Origin: an uncultured bacterium
GTDB taxonomy: Bacteria > Patescibacteriota > Minisyncoccia > Phycocordibacterales > GWA1-40-21
Direction of reading: 5' to 3'
Assembly: GCA_963840885.1 (NCBI GenBank)
Contig: CAWJAN010000004.1
Coordinates: forward strand, 47,984-111,983
DNA length: 64,000 bases
Shown: piece after piece, positions 8,288 to 17,549 of the stretch
How positions within the stretch are numbered: the stretch's first letter is position 1
How the letters are laid out: each line of letters begins with the position of its first letter
Made by a program: the position numbers and the translations under genes
The notes under the pieces: generated by a model
Databases searched by the model: none
Told to the model about the DNA's origin: nothing
Seen by the model: the letters and a program-made list of their open reading frames with translations, nothing else

Positions 8288-10249
8288 ATGAAAAAACATC
8301 ACGGAGGCGTAGGAGAAAAAGCGCATAAAACTGTTCTCGGAACGATAAGATCGGTAAGAGGAAATATGGCCTATTTTCTGGGCGAAAAAGAAAAGATAGA
8401 AGCGGAAATTTCCACAAGATTACTGAAAACGGCTATGTCAGGAGACAAAGTCGAGGTAAAGCTTTATAAAAAAGGAAAGTCAGGATTATACGAAGCGGAA
8501 GTCGATAAAGTCCTTGAAAGAGCCAAGAGCTATTTCGTCGGTCTCATCAAGATAGAAGGAGAAAATATCAGCTTCATTCCGGACGATAAAAAACTTAAAG
8601 CAAACGTAAAAATACCGAAAGAAAATCTTAGAAACGCCAAAAACGGAGATAAGGTCAAAGTTAAGATACTTCAATGGAATCTTTGGCCTAAAGATTTTAT
8701 TGGCGAAGTCGTAAACACTCTCGGAAAAGCCGGCGAAAATTCCACCGAGATGAATTCCATAGCCATAGACAAGGGCTTTGAAATAGAATTTCCGGAAAAA
8801 GTACTTGAGGAATCAACTAGGATTTTCAAAGAAAATAAAACTATTCCGGATTTGGAAATAGAAAAAAGGCGCGATTTCAGGAATACGCTCACGTTTACCA
8901 TAGATCCGAAAACTGCAAAAGATTTTGACGATGCCATATCTTTCGAAAAGCTGACCAACGGCCATTTTGAAATAGGTATCCATATTGCGGATGTTTCCTA
9001 TTACGTAACGGAAAACAGCGAGCTTGATAAGGAAGCTTACAAGCGCGGATGTTCGGTCTATCTTCCCGACAGGACCATACCCATGCTTCCGTTCGAACTT
9101 TCTGACGAGCTTTGCTCGCTCAATGAGCACCAGGAAAAACTCGCTTTCTCCGCCGTATTTGAAATAGATTCCGAAGCAAAGATCCATTCAAGATGGTTCG
9201 GCAGGACGGTCATAAAATCCGACAAAAGGTTTACTTACGAAAATGCGCAGGAAACTATAAACGCAGGAAGTGGCCAATATTTTGAGGAGCTCGATAAGCT
9301 AAATAAAATCTCAAAAATATTCAGGAAAGAAAAATGGCAGAAGGGCGCGATAGATTTCGAACAGGAAGAAATATATTTTGAGCTCGACGAGAATGGCAAG
9401 CCGATGAAAATATATAAGAAGGAACGCCTCGATACCCACAAGCTCGTGGAAGAATACATGCTTCTTGCAAACAGAGAAGTCGCCGAATACGTATATAAAT
9501 ACGAAAAGAAAACAGGAAAGATATTCCCTCTTCCGTACAGAATCCACGATTTTCCAGACAGGGAAAAAATCCGCGAACTCTCCATATTCGTAAAGGCTTT
9601 GGGACATGAGCTTGTCATAGGTAAAGATGGATCAGTCAGCGGGAAAGACATGCAGGCGCTATTCGCACAAGTTGAAGGAAAAGCCGAAGAAGCCATGGTG
9701 AAAACTGCAGCTATACGCTCAATGGCAAAAGCTATTTACTCCACGAAAAATATCGGCCATTTCGGGCTGGCATTCGAATATTATGCGCACTTCACATCGC
9801 CTATAAGAAGATATCCGGACCTTCTGGTGCACAGGATACTTCAGAAAGTCCTGTCCGGAGAAAAAGTAAGCGAAAAGAATTATTATTTCTATGAAAAGGC
9901 GGCTATAAATTCAACTAATCAGGAAATAAGGGCTGCGGAAGCTGAACGCGAGGGTAAGAAATACAAGCAGGTGGAATTCATGAAAGACAAAGTCGGAAAG
10001 ACTTTCGACGGCCTTATCACCGGAATCGCCGAATGGGGCATTTATGCGGAAGACACGGAAACTAAAGCAGAAGGAATGATAAAGCTTTCATCTCTTGGTG
10101 ACGATTACTATATCCTTGATATGAAAAATTATGCGATCGTAGGAGAAAAAACCAAAAAAAGATACCATCTTGGGCAAAAAGTGAAGCTGAAGCTGGTTGC
10201 CGCCGACCTTGAGCGAAGGACTATGGATTACGAGATAGTGGAACAATAA
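8288..10249 (+). CDS. rnr: Ribonuclease R / RNase II-family 3'-5' exoribonuclease
   Basis: RNB-domain motifs are present (RRDFRNTLTFTIDPKTAKDFDDAISFEKL; HIADVSYYV). An N-terminal cold-shock-like domain and a C-terminal S1-like region are also present. Confidence 0.85.
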   Translation: MKKHHGGVGEKAHKTVLGTIRSVRGNMAYFLGEKEKIEAEISTRLLKTAMSGDKVEVKLYKKGKSGLYEAEVDKVLERAKSYFVGLIKIEGENISFIPDDKKLKANVKIPKENLRNAKNGDKVKVKILQWNLWPKDFIGEVVNTLGKAGENSTEMNSIAIDKGFEIEFPEKVLEESTRIFKENKTIPDLEIEKRRDFRNTLTFTIDPKTAKDFDDAISFEKLTNGHFEIGIHIADVSYYVTENSELDKEAYKRGCSVYLPDRTIPMLPFELSDELCSLNEHQEKLAFSAVFEIDSEAKIHSRWFGRTVIKSDKRFTYENAQETINAGSGQYFEELDKLNKISKIFRKEKWQKGAIDFEQEEIYFELDENGKPMKIYKKERLDTHKLVEEYMLLANREVAEYVYKYEKKTGKIFPLPYRIHDFPDREKIRELSIFVKALGHELVIGKDGSVSGKDMQALFAQVEGKAEEAMVKTAAIRSMAKAIYSTKNIGHFGLAFEYYAHFTSPIRRYPDLLVHRILQKVLSGEKVSEKNYYFYEKAAINSTNQEIRAAEAEREGKKYKQVEFMKDKVGKTFDGLITGIAEWGIYAEDTETKAEGMIKLSSLGDDYYILDMKNYAIVGEKTKKRYHLGQKVKLKLVAADLERRTMDYEIVEQ

Positions 10250-10285
10250 AAAATCCCCATGCCACAGCATGGGGATTTTTTATTT
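10250..10285. terminator. Bidirectional terminator hairpin (AAAAATCCCCATGC..GCATGGGGATTTTTT)
   Basis: Long perfect stem flanked by A and T runs, between the convergent genes rnr and the pilin-like gene. Confidence 0.6.
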
Positions 10286-10293
10286 GTTAAGCC

Positions 10294-11121
10294 TTATTTT
10301 GCTGCCAGATTTTCATGTGCCGGAAGCTCGTCAGCATATATATTATCTAAATCCATAGCGGTAAGAGCGGAAGAATAAATTCTTACTTCATCTACACTTC
10401 CTCCCCAATATCTTCCATAAGCGGAATCTGCGCCTATCTGAAGCTGAGTTGAAGAAAAATCTTGTGTGGGAAATGTTCCTCCATAATTTGAAGCTGAATA
10501 GGTGTGGAATTGTCCGTTTTCATACAAAGTTATTTTTGTAGGCGTTACTGACATAGCAACAAAATTCCATGTATTATTCGAAAGATTGAGCCCGGAATCC
10601 TGAGCCCACATACCCATCGAAGCCCAAATGGCTCTCAGCTGATTGCTGTATACCACTATGCCTGTAGCCGCTATGCTTCCTCCTCTGTAAAATACTATTC
10701 CTGCGCCATCAGACGAACCCGTTCCTTTTACCCAAGCTGTAAAGGTAACATTATTTGTATTGCCCAAGCTTTTAGTATTTGCGGAAATGTACTGGCCTGA
10801 GCCATTTAAAATATAATCGCCTTTTCCGTCATATCCGTCTGTGGCAGACCATACCGGATTATTGTGAAGTGTTCCGTCTTCTCCATAACTTGATGTATCC
10901 TTTGCCGTACCGGCGCCTTCATCAAATTTCCATTCCCCGGCAAGCTGATCGCCCAAACCATGAAGTATGTTGGCATCAGATTGCTTTCCGGCAGCCATTC
11001 TTCCGCTTTCATTGGCTCCATTCAAAAAAGGAAGGACTATTGCAGTAAGTAGGGCAATAACCGCGATAACCACTAAAAGTTCTATAAGAGTAAATCCAGA
11101 TTCTTTGGAATATTTTTTCAT
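10294..11121 (-). CDS. Type IV pilin-like protein (prepilin N-terminal methylation motif) with a C-terminal LamG/concanavalin-like domain
   Basis: The N-terminus GFTLIELLVVIAVIALL is a class III signal (G|FTLIE). The C-terminal ~200 aa has laminin-G-like motifs (TFTAWVK.., WNFVAMSV.., LYENGQ.., IGAD.., GSVDEVRIYS). Confidence 0.7.
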   Translation of the reverse strand: MKKYSKESGFTLIELLVVIAVIALLTAIVLPFLNGANESGRMAAGKQSDANILHGLGDQLAGEWKFDEGAGTAKDTSSYGEDGTLHNNPVWSATDGYDGKGDYILNGSGQYISANTKSLGNTNNVTFTAWVKGTGSSDGAGIVFYRGGSIAATGIVVYSNQLRAIWASMGMWAQDSGLNLSNNTWNFVAMSVTPTKITLYENGQFHTYSASNYGGTFPTQDFSSTQLQIGADSAYGRYWGGSVDEVRIYSSALTAMDLDNIYADELPAHENLAAK

Positions 11122-11165
11122 ATCGATAAATTATAACTAAACTATATTTAAATACAATCCACAGT

Positions 11166-13439
11166 CTATTTTGCCACCTCCACTGCTTCTTCAAATTGGA
11201 TCGAAAGCAGCCTTGATAATCCGTCCGAACCCATCGTCACTCCGTAAATTATTCCTGCTCTCGACATCGTCTCCCTGTTGTGCGTAATCAGAATCAGCTG
11301 GGAATATTTTGAAAGATCCTTTATCATGTCCCCGTATTTTTTTGAATTTGCCTCGTCTAGCGCCGCATCGGTTTCATCGAGAATGATGAATGGAGGAGGA
11401 TTCACTGCTGAAATGGCAAAAAGAAGAGCTATGGAAGAAAGGGCTCTTTCTCCGCCGGAGAGCATCATCAGGCCCTTTATCTTTTTCTTCGGAAGGGAAA
11501 CTTCTATATCAAGCCCTTCTTCGGATTCTTCTTCCCCATCATGAATTTTTTCTCCTTCATCCGAAATATCCGGCAATTCCATATCAGACTTTTTCCTTTT
11601 CTTCTCTTTTATAATAGAGAGTGATGCCGAGCCGCCGCCGAACATAGTAATGAAAAATTCTCCGAATTTCGCGTTTATCTTTGAAAGCCCGGTCTTGAAC
11701 TCCGTCGCCAGCTTTTCATCGAGCTCTTTTATTAGATTCTTCAGTGATTCTGATGCTTTGAACAGGTCTTCAAGCTCCTTGGAAAGGAAAATGTCCCTTT
11801 CAGCTGTTTCCTTGTATTCCTTGACCACGTCGCCTTCGCCGGAAATTCCAGCATCCTCAAGGCGGATCTTTATCTTTTCAATCTGATGGCGTCTCTCCTC
11901 CTGTTTCGTCCTGTCTTCGCCGGCATCCATGGCTGCCGGAAAATTTTTGTAATGCAGAGCGGATACTCCTATAAGCAACGACGCTTCCTGGAGTTCTCGC
12001 TTGAATTCCGCTTCATCGTGATTTATCCTTTCTTCCCTTCCGTTAAGCGCCGATATTTTTCCGCGTATGTCATTTTGTTCGGCGACTATCCTGAACATCG
12101 CCTTTTCCGCATCTCTGTTGGAATCTTTCTCCTTCTCTATCTCCTTCCTGAGGAATTCGTATTCTTCCGAAAGCTTGGTTTCCTCATTTTCCGCTTCTTT
12201 CATTCTGCCTTCGATTTTGGATTTTTCTGATTCTAGATTTTTTATTTCCAATTCAAGGCCGCCTATATCAGCTTTATGCTCGCCTTCTCTGTGTTTTTCT
12301 ATGAATGAAGAAAGTGTGTTTTTTATCGATTTAAGGGAATCTTTCAGTTTGGAAAGATCCGGATATCCGAAAGCGGAATCTATTTCCAGATTTATTTCTT
12401 TTGCAAGATTTTCCACCTCGCGCAGAGCCACAGCTTTTTCCGCCGAAGTCATATGCTCTTCCTTCTGCTTTTTTATGAGCCTGAGAAGAGATGAGACTTC
12501 GCCTTCTATTCTTCCGAGATTTCTGGCTAGGGCATCTTTGGAGATTCTGGCATCTTTGAGCCTGGCTTCCGCATCCATGACCTCGCCTGTTTTCTTGTCT
12601 TTGGAAGACGATTTTTCCAGTGTTTCTTTCGCCGTTTTCAGCTCTTTTTCAAGGGCTTCGGATTTTTCGAGGAGGGGCTTCTTGGCGGAATCTATTTCTT
12701 TCTTTTCAGCATTTATATATGCTTCTTCTCTGAAAAAATATTCATGGTAAAGCTTAACCAGCTGATTTTTCATCTCCTCGGCTTTCTCTATCTTTTCCAC
12801 CTGCTTTTTAAGAAAGCGTATATGCGGAGCTATTTCCCTTCGCAGAGATTCAACCTGCTTTATATTCTCTTCCGTCCTGTCGAGCTTTCTCAGGCTCTCT
12901 TCTTTTTTGTACTGGAAAATCTTCAAGCCCAGGGCGTCCTCTATCATTTCTTTCCTCTCTTTTATATTTGCATTCAAAATCCTGTCGGCTTCGCCTTGGG
13001 AAATTATCTGATGGCCAGATGCGCCTATATGAGCGTTTGAAAGAAGCTCCACTATATCCTTGAGGCGGACTGCGCTTCCGTTTATAAGATATTCGCTCGA
13101 GGAATCGCGGTTTACCACGCGCTCTATGGAAACCTCGTCGAAATCTATATTGAAAATCCTCTGCGAGTTGTCAAAAATAAGCTTGACTGATGCCCTGTTT
13201 GATCTTGAAGCGTCTTTGCCCTGGCCGGTCAGGCCGCCGTTGAAAATAAGGTCCTCGGCTCTCTTACCTCGAAGCGATTTTATGGACTGCTCGCCCAAAA
13301 CGAAGCGGAAAGATTCGGCCACATTAGATTTTCCTGAGCCGTTCGGACCAACTATCGCCGATATGGGAGTAGTGAACTCAAGCGAGCTTTTTTTGCCGAA
13401 AGATTTGAAGCCTGAAAGTTCTATGGATTTTAGGTACAT
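11166..13439 (-). CDS. smc: SMC-family chromosome segregation ATPase, short hinge-less form (757 aa)
   Basis: The N-terminal Walker A region reads MYLKSIELSGFKSFG...IVGPNGSGKSNV. The C-terminal signature LSGGERALSSIALLFA is followed by Walker B FIILDETDAALD. The central region is coiled-coil only, with no Gly-rich hinge. Confidence 0.7.
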   Translation of the reverse strand: MYLKSIELSGFKSFGKKSSLEFTTPISAIVGPNGSGKSNVAESFRFVLGEQSIKSLRGKRAEDLIFNGGLTGQGKDASRSNRASVKLIFDNSQRIFNIDFDEVSIERVVNRDSSSEYLINGSAVRLKDIVELLSNAHIGASGHQIISQGEADRILNANIKERKEMIEDALGLKIFQYKKEESLRKLDRTEENIKQVESLRREIAPHIRFLKKQVEKIEKAEEMKNQLVKLYHEYFFREEAYINAEKKEIDSAKKPLLEKSEALEKELKTAKETLEKSSSKDKKTGEVMDAEARLKDARISKDALARNLGRIEGEVSSLLRLIKKQKEEHMTSAEKAVALREVENLAKEINLEIDSAFGYPDLSKLKDSLKSIKNTLSSFIEKHREGEHKADIGGLELEIKNLESEKSKIEGRMKEAENEETKLSEEYEFLRKEIEKEKDSNRDAEKAMFRIVAEQNDIRGKISALNGREERINHDEAEFKRELQEASLLIGVSALHYKNFPAAMDAGEDRTKQEERRHQIEKIKIRLEDAGISGEGDVVKEYKETAERDIFLSKELEDLFKASESLKNLIKELDEKLATEFKTGLSKINAKFGEFFITMFGGGSASLSIIKEKKRKKSDMELPDISDEGEKIHDGEEESEEGLDIEVSLPKKKIKGLMMLSGGERALSSIALLFAISAVNPPPFIILDETDAALDEANSKKYGDMIKDLSKYSQLILITHNRETMSRAGIIYGVTMGSDGLSRLLSIQFEEAVEVAK

Positions 13440-13453
13440 TTTTGAAAAAATTT

Positions 13454-13792
13454 TTATTCCTGATTCACTATATTTAATTTTTCAAGACCCAGTATGAATT
13501 TTTCTATGTCTCCGTTTTCGGTGTCGAATTTTTTATAATCTACTACGCTTTCAATCTCGCCTCTCAATATGAAAAGATTCCAAAGATAAAAATCGGATGG
13601 GCGCGAGCCGTCTTTCTCTAACAGCTTTATTATGGAACCCATGCCGTTCTTCATCTCTTCGGCGACATTGGAATCATTCGTGCGGTTAACGAATTTGAAT
13701 ATGCCTTCTATGGTCTTGGAAAGTTCCTGGGATTTTTCTATCTCCGCTTCGGAAAGGCTGTATTTTTGCTGTTCGAAACTTTCGGCTTTCAT
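13454..13792 (-). CDS. Hypothetical protein (112 aa) between rnc and smc
   Basis: ORF only. Confidence 0.3.
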   Translation of the reverse strand: MKAESFEQQKYSLSEAEIEKSQELSKTIEGIFKFVNRTNDSNVAEEMKNGMGSIIKLLEKDGSRPSDFYLWNLFILRGEIESVVDYKKFDTENGDIEKFILGLEKLNIVNQE

Positions 13793-13800
13793 ATGTATTT

Positions 13801-14508
13801 TTATTTTATTTCAGGCCAATTCTTCGTTTTAAGCCCTGCTGCTGCGGCACTCTGCTCGGCATCCTGCTTCGATCTGCCTTCTCCTTCGGCGACTTTCGTT
13901 TTTCCAAGATATACTGCGACAGTGAATTTCTTGTCATGATCCGGGCCTTCTTCTTTGACTGTCTTGTAAGAAGGAGTTATGCCTTCCTGATTTTGAGCCT
14001 GTTCCTGGAATTCGCTCTTCGCATCGATCCATTTCTTTTCTTCTATTATCTTGTCTATGAGAGTAAATACATTTTTGGAAATAAAATATCTTGCTGTGTC
14101 GTATCCCTGATCAAGATATATGGCGCCTATCAGAGCCTCCATCGTGTTGGCCAGGATTATCTGCCTTGCCCTTCCCGTATCTTTCGCTTCGCCTTTTGAA
14201 AGAAGAAGATAGTCGTTCATGCCGATTTTTGAAGCTGCATCGGAAAGGGTTATTGCGTTTACAAGAGCCGAACGGAAAGAGGTCATATCTCCCTCGTTGG
14301 AATCCGGATATTTTTCATACAGATATTCTGTAACGATGAGCTCAAGCACCGCATCGCCCAAAAACTCCAGGCGCTCATTATGCGCGAGTTCAAGATCCCT
14401 GTGCTCATTCAAATATGACCTGTGCGTAAAAGCCTGCTTCAAAAGCTCAATCTTCTTGAAGTTTATACCTATATCTTTCTCGAACTTTGAAAAATCTGGC
14501 TCGCGCAT
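13801..14508 (-). CDS. rnc: Ribonuclease III
   Basis: RNase III signature ERLEFLGDAVLELIVTEYLYEKYP. A C-terminal dsRBD is present. Confidence 0.85.
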   Translation of the reverse strand: MREPDFSKFEKDIGINFKKIELLKQAFTHRSYLNEHRDLELAHNERLEFLGDAVLELIVTEYLYEKYPDSNEGDMTSFRSALVNAITLSDAASKIGMNDYLLLSKGEAKDTGRARQIILANTMEALIGAIYLDQGYDTARYFISKNVFTLIDKIIEEKKWIDAKSEFQEQAQNQEGITPSYKTVKEEGPDHDKKFTVAVYLGKTKVAEGEGRSKQDAEQSAAAAGLKTKNWPEIK

Positions 14509-14526
14509 AAATTCTGTTTTATCTGT

Positions 14527-15423
14527 TTAATTCTTCGTTCCTATTATATTTATCGATTTGGTTATTATCGGAAGTATGTCGTTGTAAAAATTAAGGCTGT
14601 CGAGATCCTGGAGCTTGAACCATTTCGCATCATCAAGCCCGCCGCTTTCGCCAAGCTTCAGATCTTTAAGGTCGGCGCTGGCCAAAAAATATGTGACCTG
14701 TTTCCTTATCTTTCCAAGATCGGGATTATTGGCTACATATTCGTTCATCAGAAGCTCCTGTTCAGGATTTATGTCTATTCCTATCTCTTCTTTGACTTTC
14801 CTTTTCACTCCGGCATTAAGGTCTTCGCCTTCATTTATCTTTCCTTTGGAAAGAGTCCATCTGCCGAAAACATCGTGGACCAAAGCGAAATAAATGACAT
14901 CATCTTTTATGGAATAAACCACGGCTCCGGCCAATTTTTGTATCGGCATCTGATCGAACGGAATGTTCTTGTTGTTCTTTTTTGAAGTCTCATCCTTTCC
15001 CGGTTCTCCGAGTTCTTTGTAGACCGTGCCAAGCACTCCGTTTACGAAGCTTCCGCTTTTCTCTCCGCCATAGATCTTAGCGAGCTCAATCGCCTCGTTT
15101 ATCGCGACTTTTGCCGGAACTTCCTTCCTATCGGAAAATAAAAGCTCGTAAAGGCCTATACGCAATATATTCCTGTCCATTATAGAGATCTTTTCGAGAG
15201 GCCAGTCTGGAGCAGCTTTTGTGATTATGCTGTCGAGATCGGCTTTTTTGTCTATGATCCCCTTAAGAAGATTTTCCGAAAAAATCCTTTCGGAATCCCC
15301 GTCACCAAACTCTTTCCTGTCGCGCGAAAGGGCTTCCAAAGCTTCTTCCCTGGAAAGATTCCTAAAATCCCACTCAAAAGCGGATTGAAGCACTATTCCC
15401 CTTGCAAGGTGCCTTGAAGACAT
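14527..15423 (-). CDS. NusB-family domain fused to a C-terminal Nudix hydrolase
   Basis: Residues ~1-150 match NusB (ILRIGLYELLF.., VAINEAIELAKIYGGEKSGSFVNGVLG). Residues ~165-298 contain the Nudix box GRWTLSKGKINEGEDLNAGVKRKVKEEIGI (GX5EX7REUXEEXGU). Confidence 0.7.
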   Translation of the reverse strand: MSSRHLARGIVLQSAFEWDFRNLSREEALEALSRDRKEFGDGDSERIFSENLLKGIIDKKADLDSIITKAAPDWPLEKISIMDRNILRIGLYELLFSDRKEVPAKVAINEAIELAKIYGGEKSGSFVNGVLGTVYKELGEPGKDETSKKNNKNIPFDQMPIQKLAGAVVYSIKDDVIYFALVHDVFGRWTLSKGKINEGEDLNAGVKRKVKEEIGIDINPEQELLMNEYVANNPDLGKIRKQVTYFLASADLKDLKLGESGGLDDAKWFKLQDLDSLNFYNDILPIITKSINIIGTKN

Positions 15424-15487
15424 ATTGTTATCTTTGGATTTAATTTTTAACCATGATCATTTTATCAAAATTTCAGGCAAAAGAAAA

Positions 15488-15516
15488 GCCGGTTTTCATG
15501 AATGAAACCGGCTTTT
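15488..15516. terminator. Bidirectional terminator hairpin (AAGCCGGTTT..AAACCGGCTTTTT)
   Basis: Perfect inverted repeat with flanking T/A runs, between the NusB-Nudix start region and the rpmF end. Confidence 0.5.
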
Positions 15517-15521
15517 TGTTA

Positions 15522-15737
15522 TTATTTTGATTCGCTCTTTGAACTTTCTTTTTTGGGAGATTTCTTTTCGAGATTGATCACCGTTTTTCCCCTGTACTTT
15601 CCGCAATTCTGGCATGCTTGGTGCCTCATGACTGAAGCGCCGCAATCAGGACATTTTGTAAGAGAAAGGCCGGAAAGAGCATGATGTGATCTTGTGCTCC
15701 CTCTCTGCGACCTATTATGTCTCATTCGATTTACCAT
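15522..15737 (-). CDS. rpmF: 50S ribosomal protein bL32
   Basis: MVNRMRHNRSQRGSTRSHHAL...CPDCGASVMRHQACQNCGKYRGK shows the canonical bL32 N-terminus and the Cys4 zinc ribbon. Confidence 0.8.
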   Translation of the reverse strand: MVNRMRHNRSQRGSTRSHHALSGLSLTKCPDCGASVMRHQACQNCGKYRGKTVINLEKKSPKKESSKSESK

Positions 15738-15804
15738 AGTAGAAGGAGTATAGCTTACTTTCCGAAAAAATCAACTGCCGGGCAATAAAAAAGCCCGGTA
15801 ACTT

Positions 15805-16398
15805 CTACCGGGCTCTGAAGAACTTTTTAACTGCATTGATTATGTCGAAGAATTTTGGAAATTTCACCTCTTTCTTTATTCCATTAGCTTCCATGAAAAC
15901 ATTGTGGTAGCGTTCGATAAATTTCTTATCCTTGGACAGGATACTGGAAACAAGGATTTCAAAAGCCATCTTTTCGGAAAAGAGAATTTTTTTGCCAGCC
16001 TCCTTGTTTTCGAAAAACGAGCTTATCGGCACCCAATATGAATCAAGCCCGTTAAGCTTCCTGTTTTCCTTGAGATCTGGAAGGTTTGAAACTTCATCCG
16101 CAAGAAAGAAAAATTTATTCGGATCCTTTTTCGTATCCGTAAAAAAATTCCGTCCGGCATTCTTGATCTCTGCGCCGGTTTCCTCGCGGACTTTCCTTAT
16201 TACGGTATCTCTCGGGCTTTCTTCGGGATGAAAAGTATTCTTTCCTCCTGGCGCTTTATGGTGGCCTGGCATTTTGCTGTCCACCGCAAGCAAGCACAGG
16301 CCGATTCCGTCGAATTCCTTAAGAATAAAGGCGACGGAATTATGGGTCGCTAGTTGCCGTTCCATTTGATTTCCTCCAAAACAGCTTTGTGATGTCAA
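15805..16398 (-). CDS. Nudix hydrolase with a C-terminal domain of unknown function
   Basis: Nudix box GGKNTFHPEESPRDTVIRKVREETGAEI. Length 197 aa. Confidence 0.6.
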   Translation of the reverse strand: MTSQSCFGGNQMERQLATHNSVAFILKEFDGIGLCLLAVDSKMPGHHKAPGGKNTFHPEESPRDTVIRKVREETGAEIKNAGRNFFTDTKKDPNKFFFLADEVSNLPDLKENRKLNGLDSYWVPISSFFENKEAGKKILFSEKMAFEILVSSILSKDKKFIERYHNVFMEANGIKKEVKFPKFFDIINAVKKFFRAR

Positions 16399-16441
16399 AA
16401 ATCCAACTTCATAGGTCTGACAATAATATTACATGACAAAT

Positions 16442-17101
16442 CTAATTTGTCAAAGTCATTCCCTTCAATACGTTTTTACAGAAAGATTTTCGGTGTTCAC
16501 GGCAAAGCCCGTATTTTTGTATGGCTTCCCTGTGTTTTTTTGTGCCGTATCCCTTGTGGATTTCAAAGCCGTACTGCGGATATTTTTTGGCAAGCTTGCA
16601 CATGAGCTCGTCTCTTTTGACCTTTGCGATTATCGAAGCGAAAGCTATCGAACGCTCTTTCTTGTCGCCGTTTATTATTGTTTTCTGGTTTTTGAATTTT
16701 TTCGGCGCCTTTATTCCCCCGTCCAAAAGAATCATGCATTCCGAAGGCTTGGCTTTTATCTTCTCCAAAGTCGTTTTTATGCATATTCTGCCGGCCTCGG
16801 CTATATTTATATGGTCTATACGGCTTGCACTTTCAAAACAAACTGCGTAATCGACTTTTCTTCGCCTTTTCAGCTCACGGAGCATGCAGAATGCTTCTTC
16901 CCGCTTTTCGGCTGTCATCAGCTTTGAATCGCGTATCCGGATGCCGAATCCTTTTGCGGAAAAATCAACCGGCATTTTAAAGGAACAGAAAGCTATAGGG
17001 CCTGCAAGAGGGCCCCTTCCTACTTCGTCTATTCCTATAATGTATTTTATATTCTCCGGCAGAGTCTTTTTCACGATTACAATTATACAATATAAAATCA
17101 C
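16442..17101 (-). CDS. rnhB: Ribonuclease HII
   Basis: IIGIDEVGRGPLAGPI.. and DSKLMTAEKRE are RNase HII catalytic motifs. The true start may be the internal GTG (VKKTLPENIKYIIGIDE). Confidence 0.8.
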   Translation of the reverse strand: MILYCIIVIVKKTLPENIKYIIGIDEVGRGPLAGPIAFCSFKMPVDFSAKGFGIRIRDSKLMTAEKREEAFCMLRELKRRRKVDYAVCFESASRIDHINIAEAGRICIKTTLEKIKAKPSECMILLDGGIKAPKKFKNQKTIINGDKKERSIAFASIIAKVKRDELMCKLAKKYPQYGFEIHKGYGTKKHREAIQKYGLCREHRKSFCKNVLKGMTLTN

Positions 17102-17146
17102 TTTCTTATTTCAAACAAAAAAGGCGCAATCATACATAAATATGGA

Positions 17147-17422
17147 TTACGCCCCGTTTTCTCTGAATAATTTTGGCCTATGTTCTTTTAAGATTTTCCT
17201 TATCTCGGAAACTTTCATCTCGAACTGCCTTCCGGATGCAAAAAAATTGCTGACCAGAAGATCGTGGAATGCCGAATGTTCCTTGAACTCCTTTCTTGTC
17301 CTGAAATTCATCTTATCGAAAGTATCGAAAAAATTGTATCTCTCGGTAATGGCGACTATTATTCCGGCTTCTAATCGGCTTTCAAGAGTGATTTCTTCGT
17401 GTTCGCTAGAAGAACTTTGCAT
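17147..17422 (-). CDS. Hypothetical protein (91 aa)
   Basis: ORF only, divergent from dnaE. Confidence 0.3.
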   Translation of the reverse strand: MQSSSSEHEEITLESRLEAGIIVAITERYNFFDTFDKMNFRTRKEFKEHSAFHDLLVSNFFASGRQFEMKVSEIRKILKEHRPKLFRENGA

Positions 17423-17549
17423 GTCGTATCCTCCTTTCGGATAAGCGTGGTCAAACGAACGAGCCTTCTGAAACGATTATATGTAAAAAAAATTAGGGTG
17501 TCAACGGGACGCATATAAAAATATTTTGATATACTTAAGCATATATTTT

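Noticed and set aside
12067-12750. 227-aa plus-strand ORF inside the SMC coiled-coil region (also 11886..12230, 11650..11886)
   Set aside because: Serine-rich antisense translations of the Glu/Lys-rich coiled-coil coding sequence. There are no starts with an RBS.
16433-16927. 164-aa plus-strand ORF antisense to rnhB
   Set aside because: It overlaps RNase HII, whose catalytic motifs are clear. It is a hydrophobic, low-complexity antisense translation.
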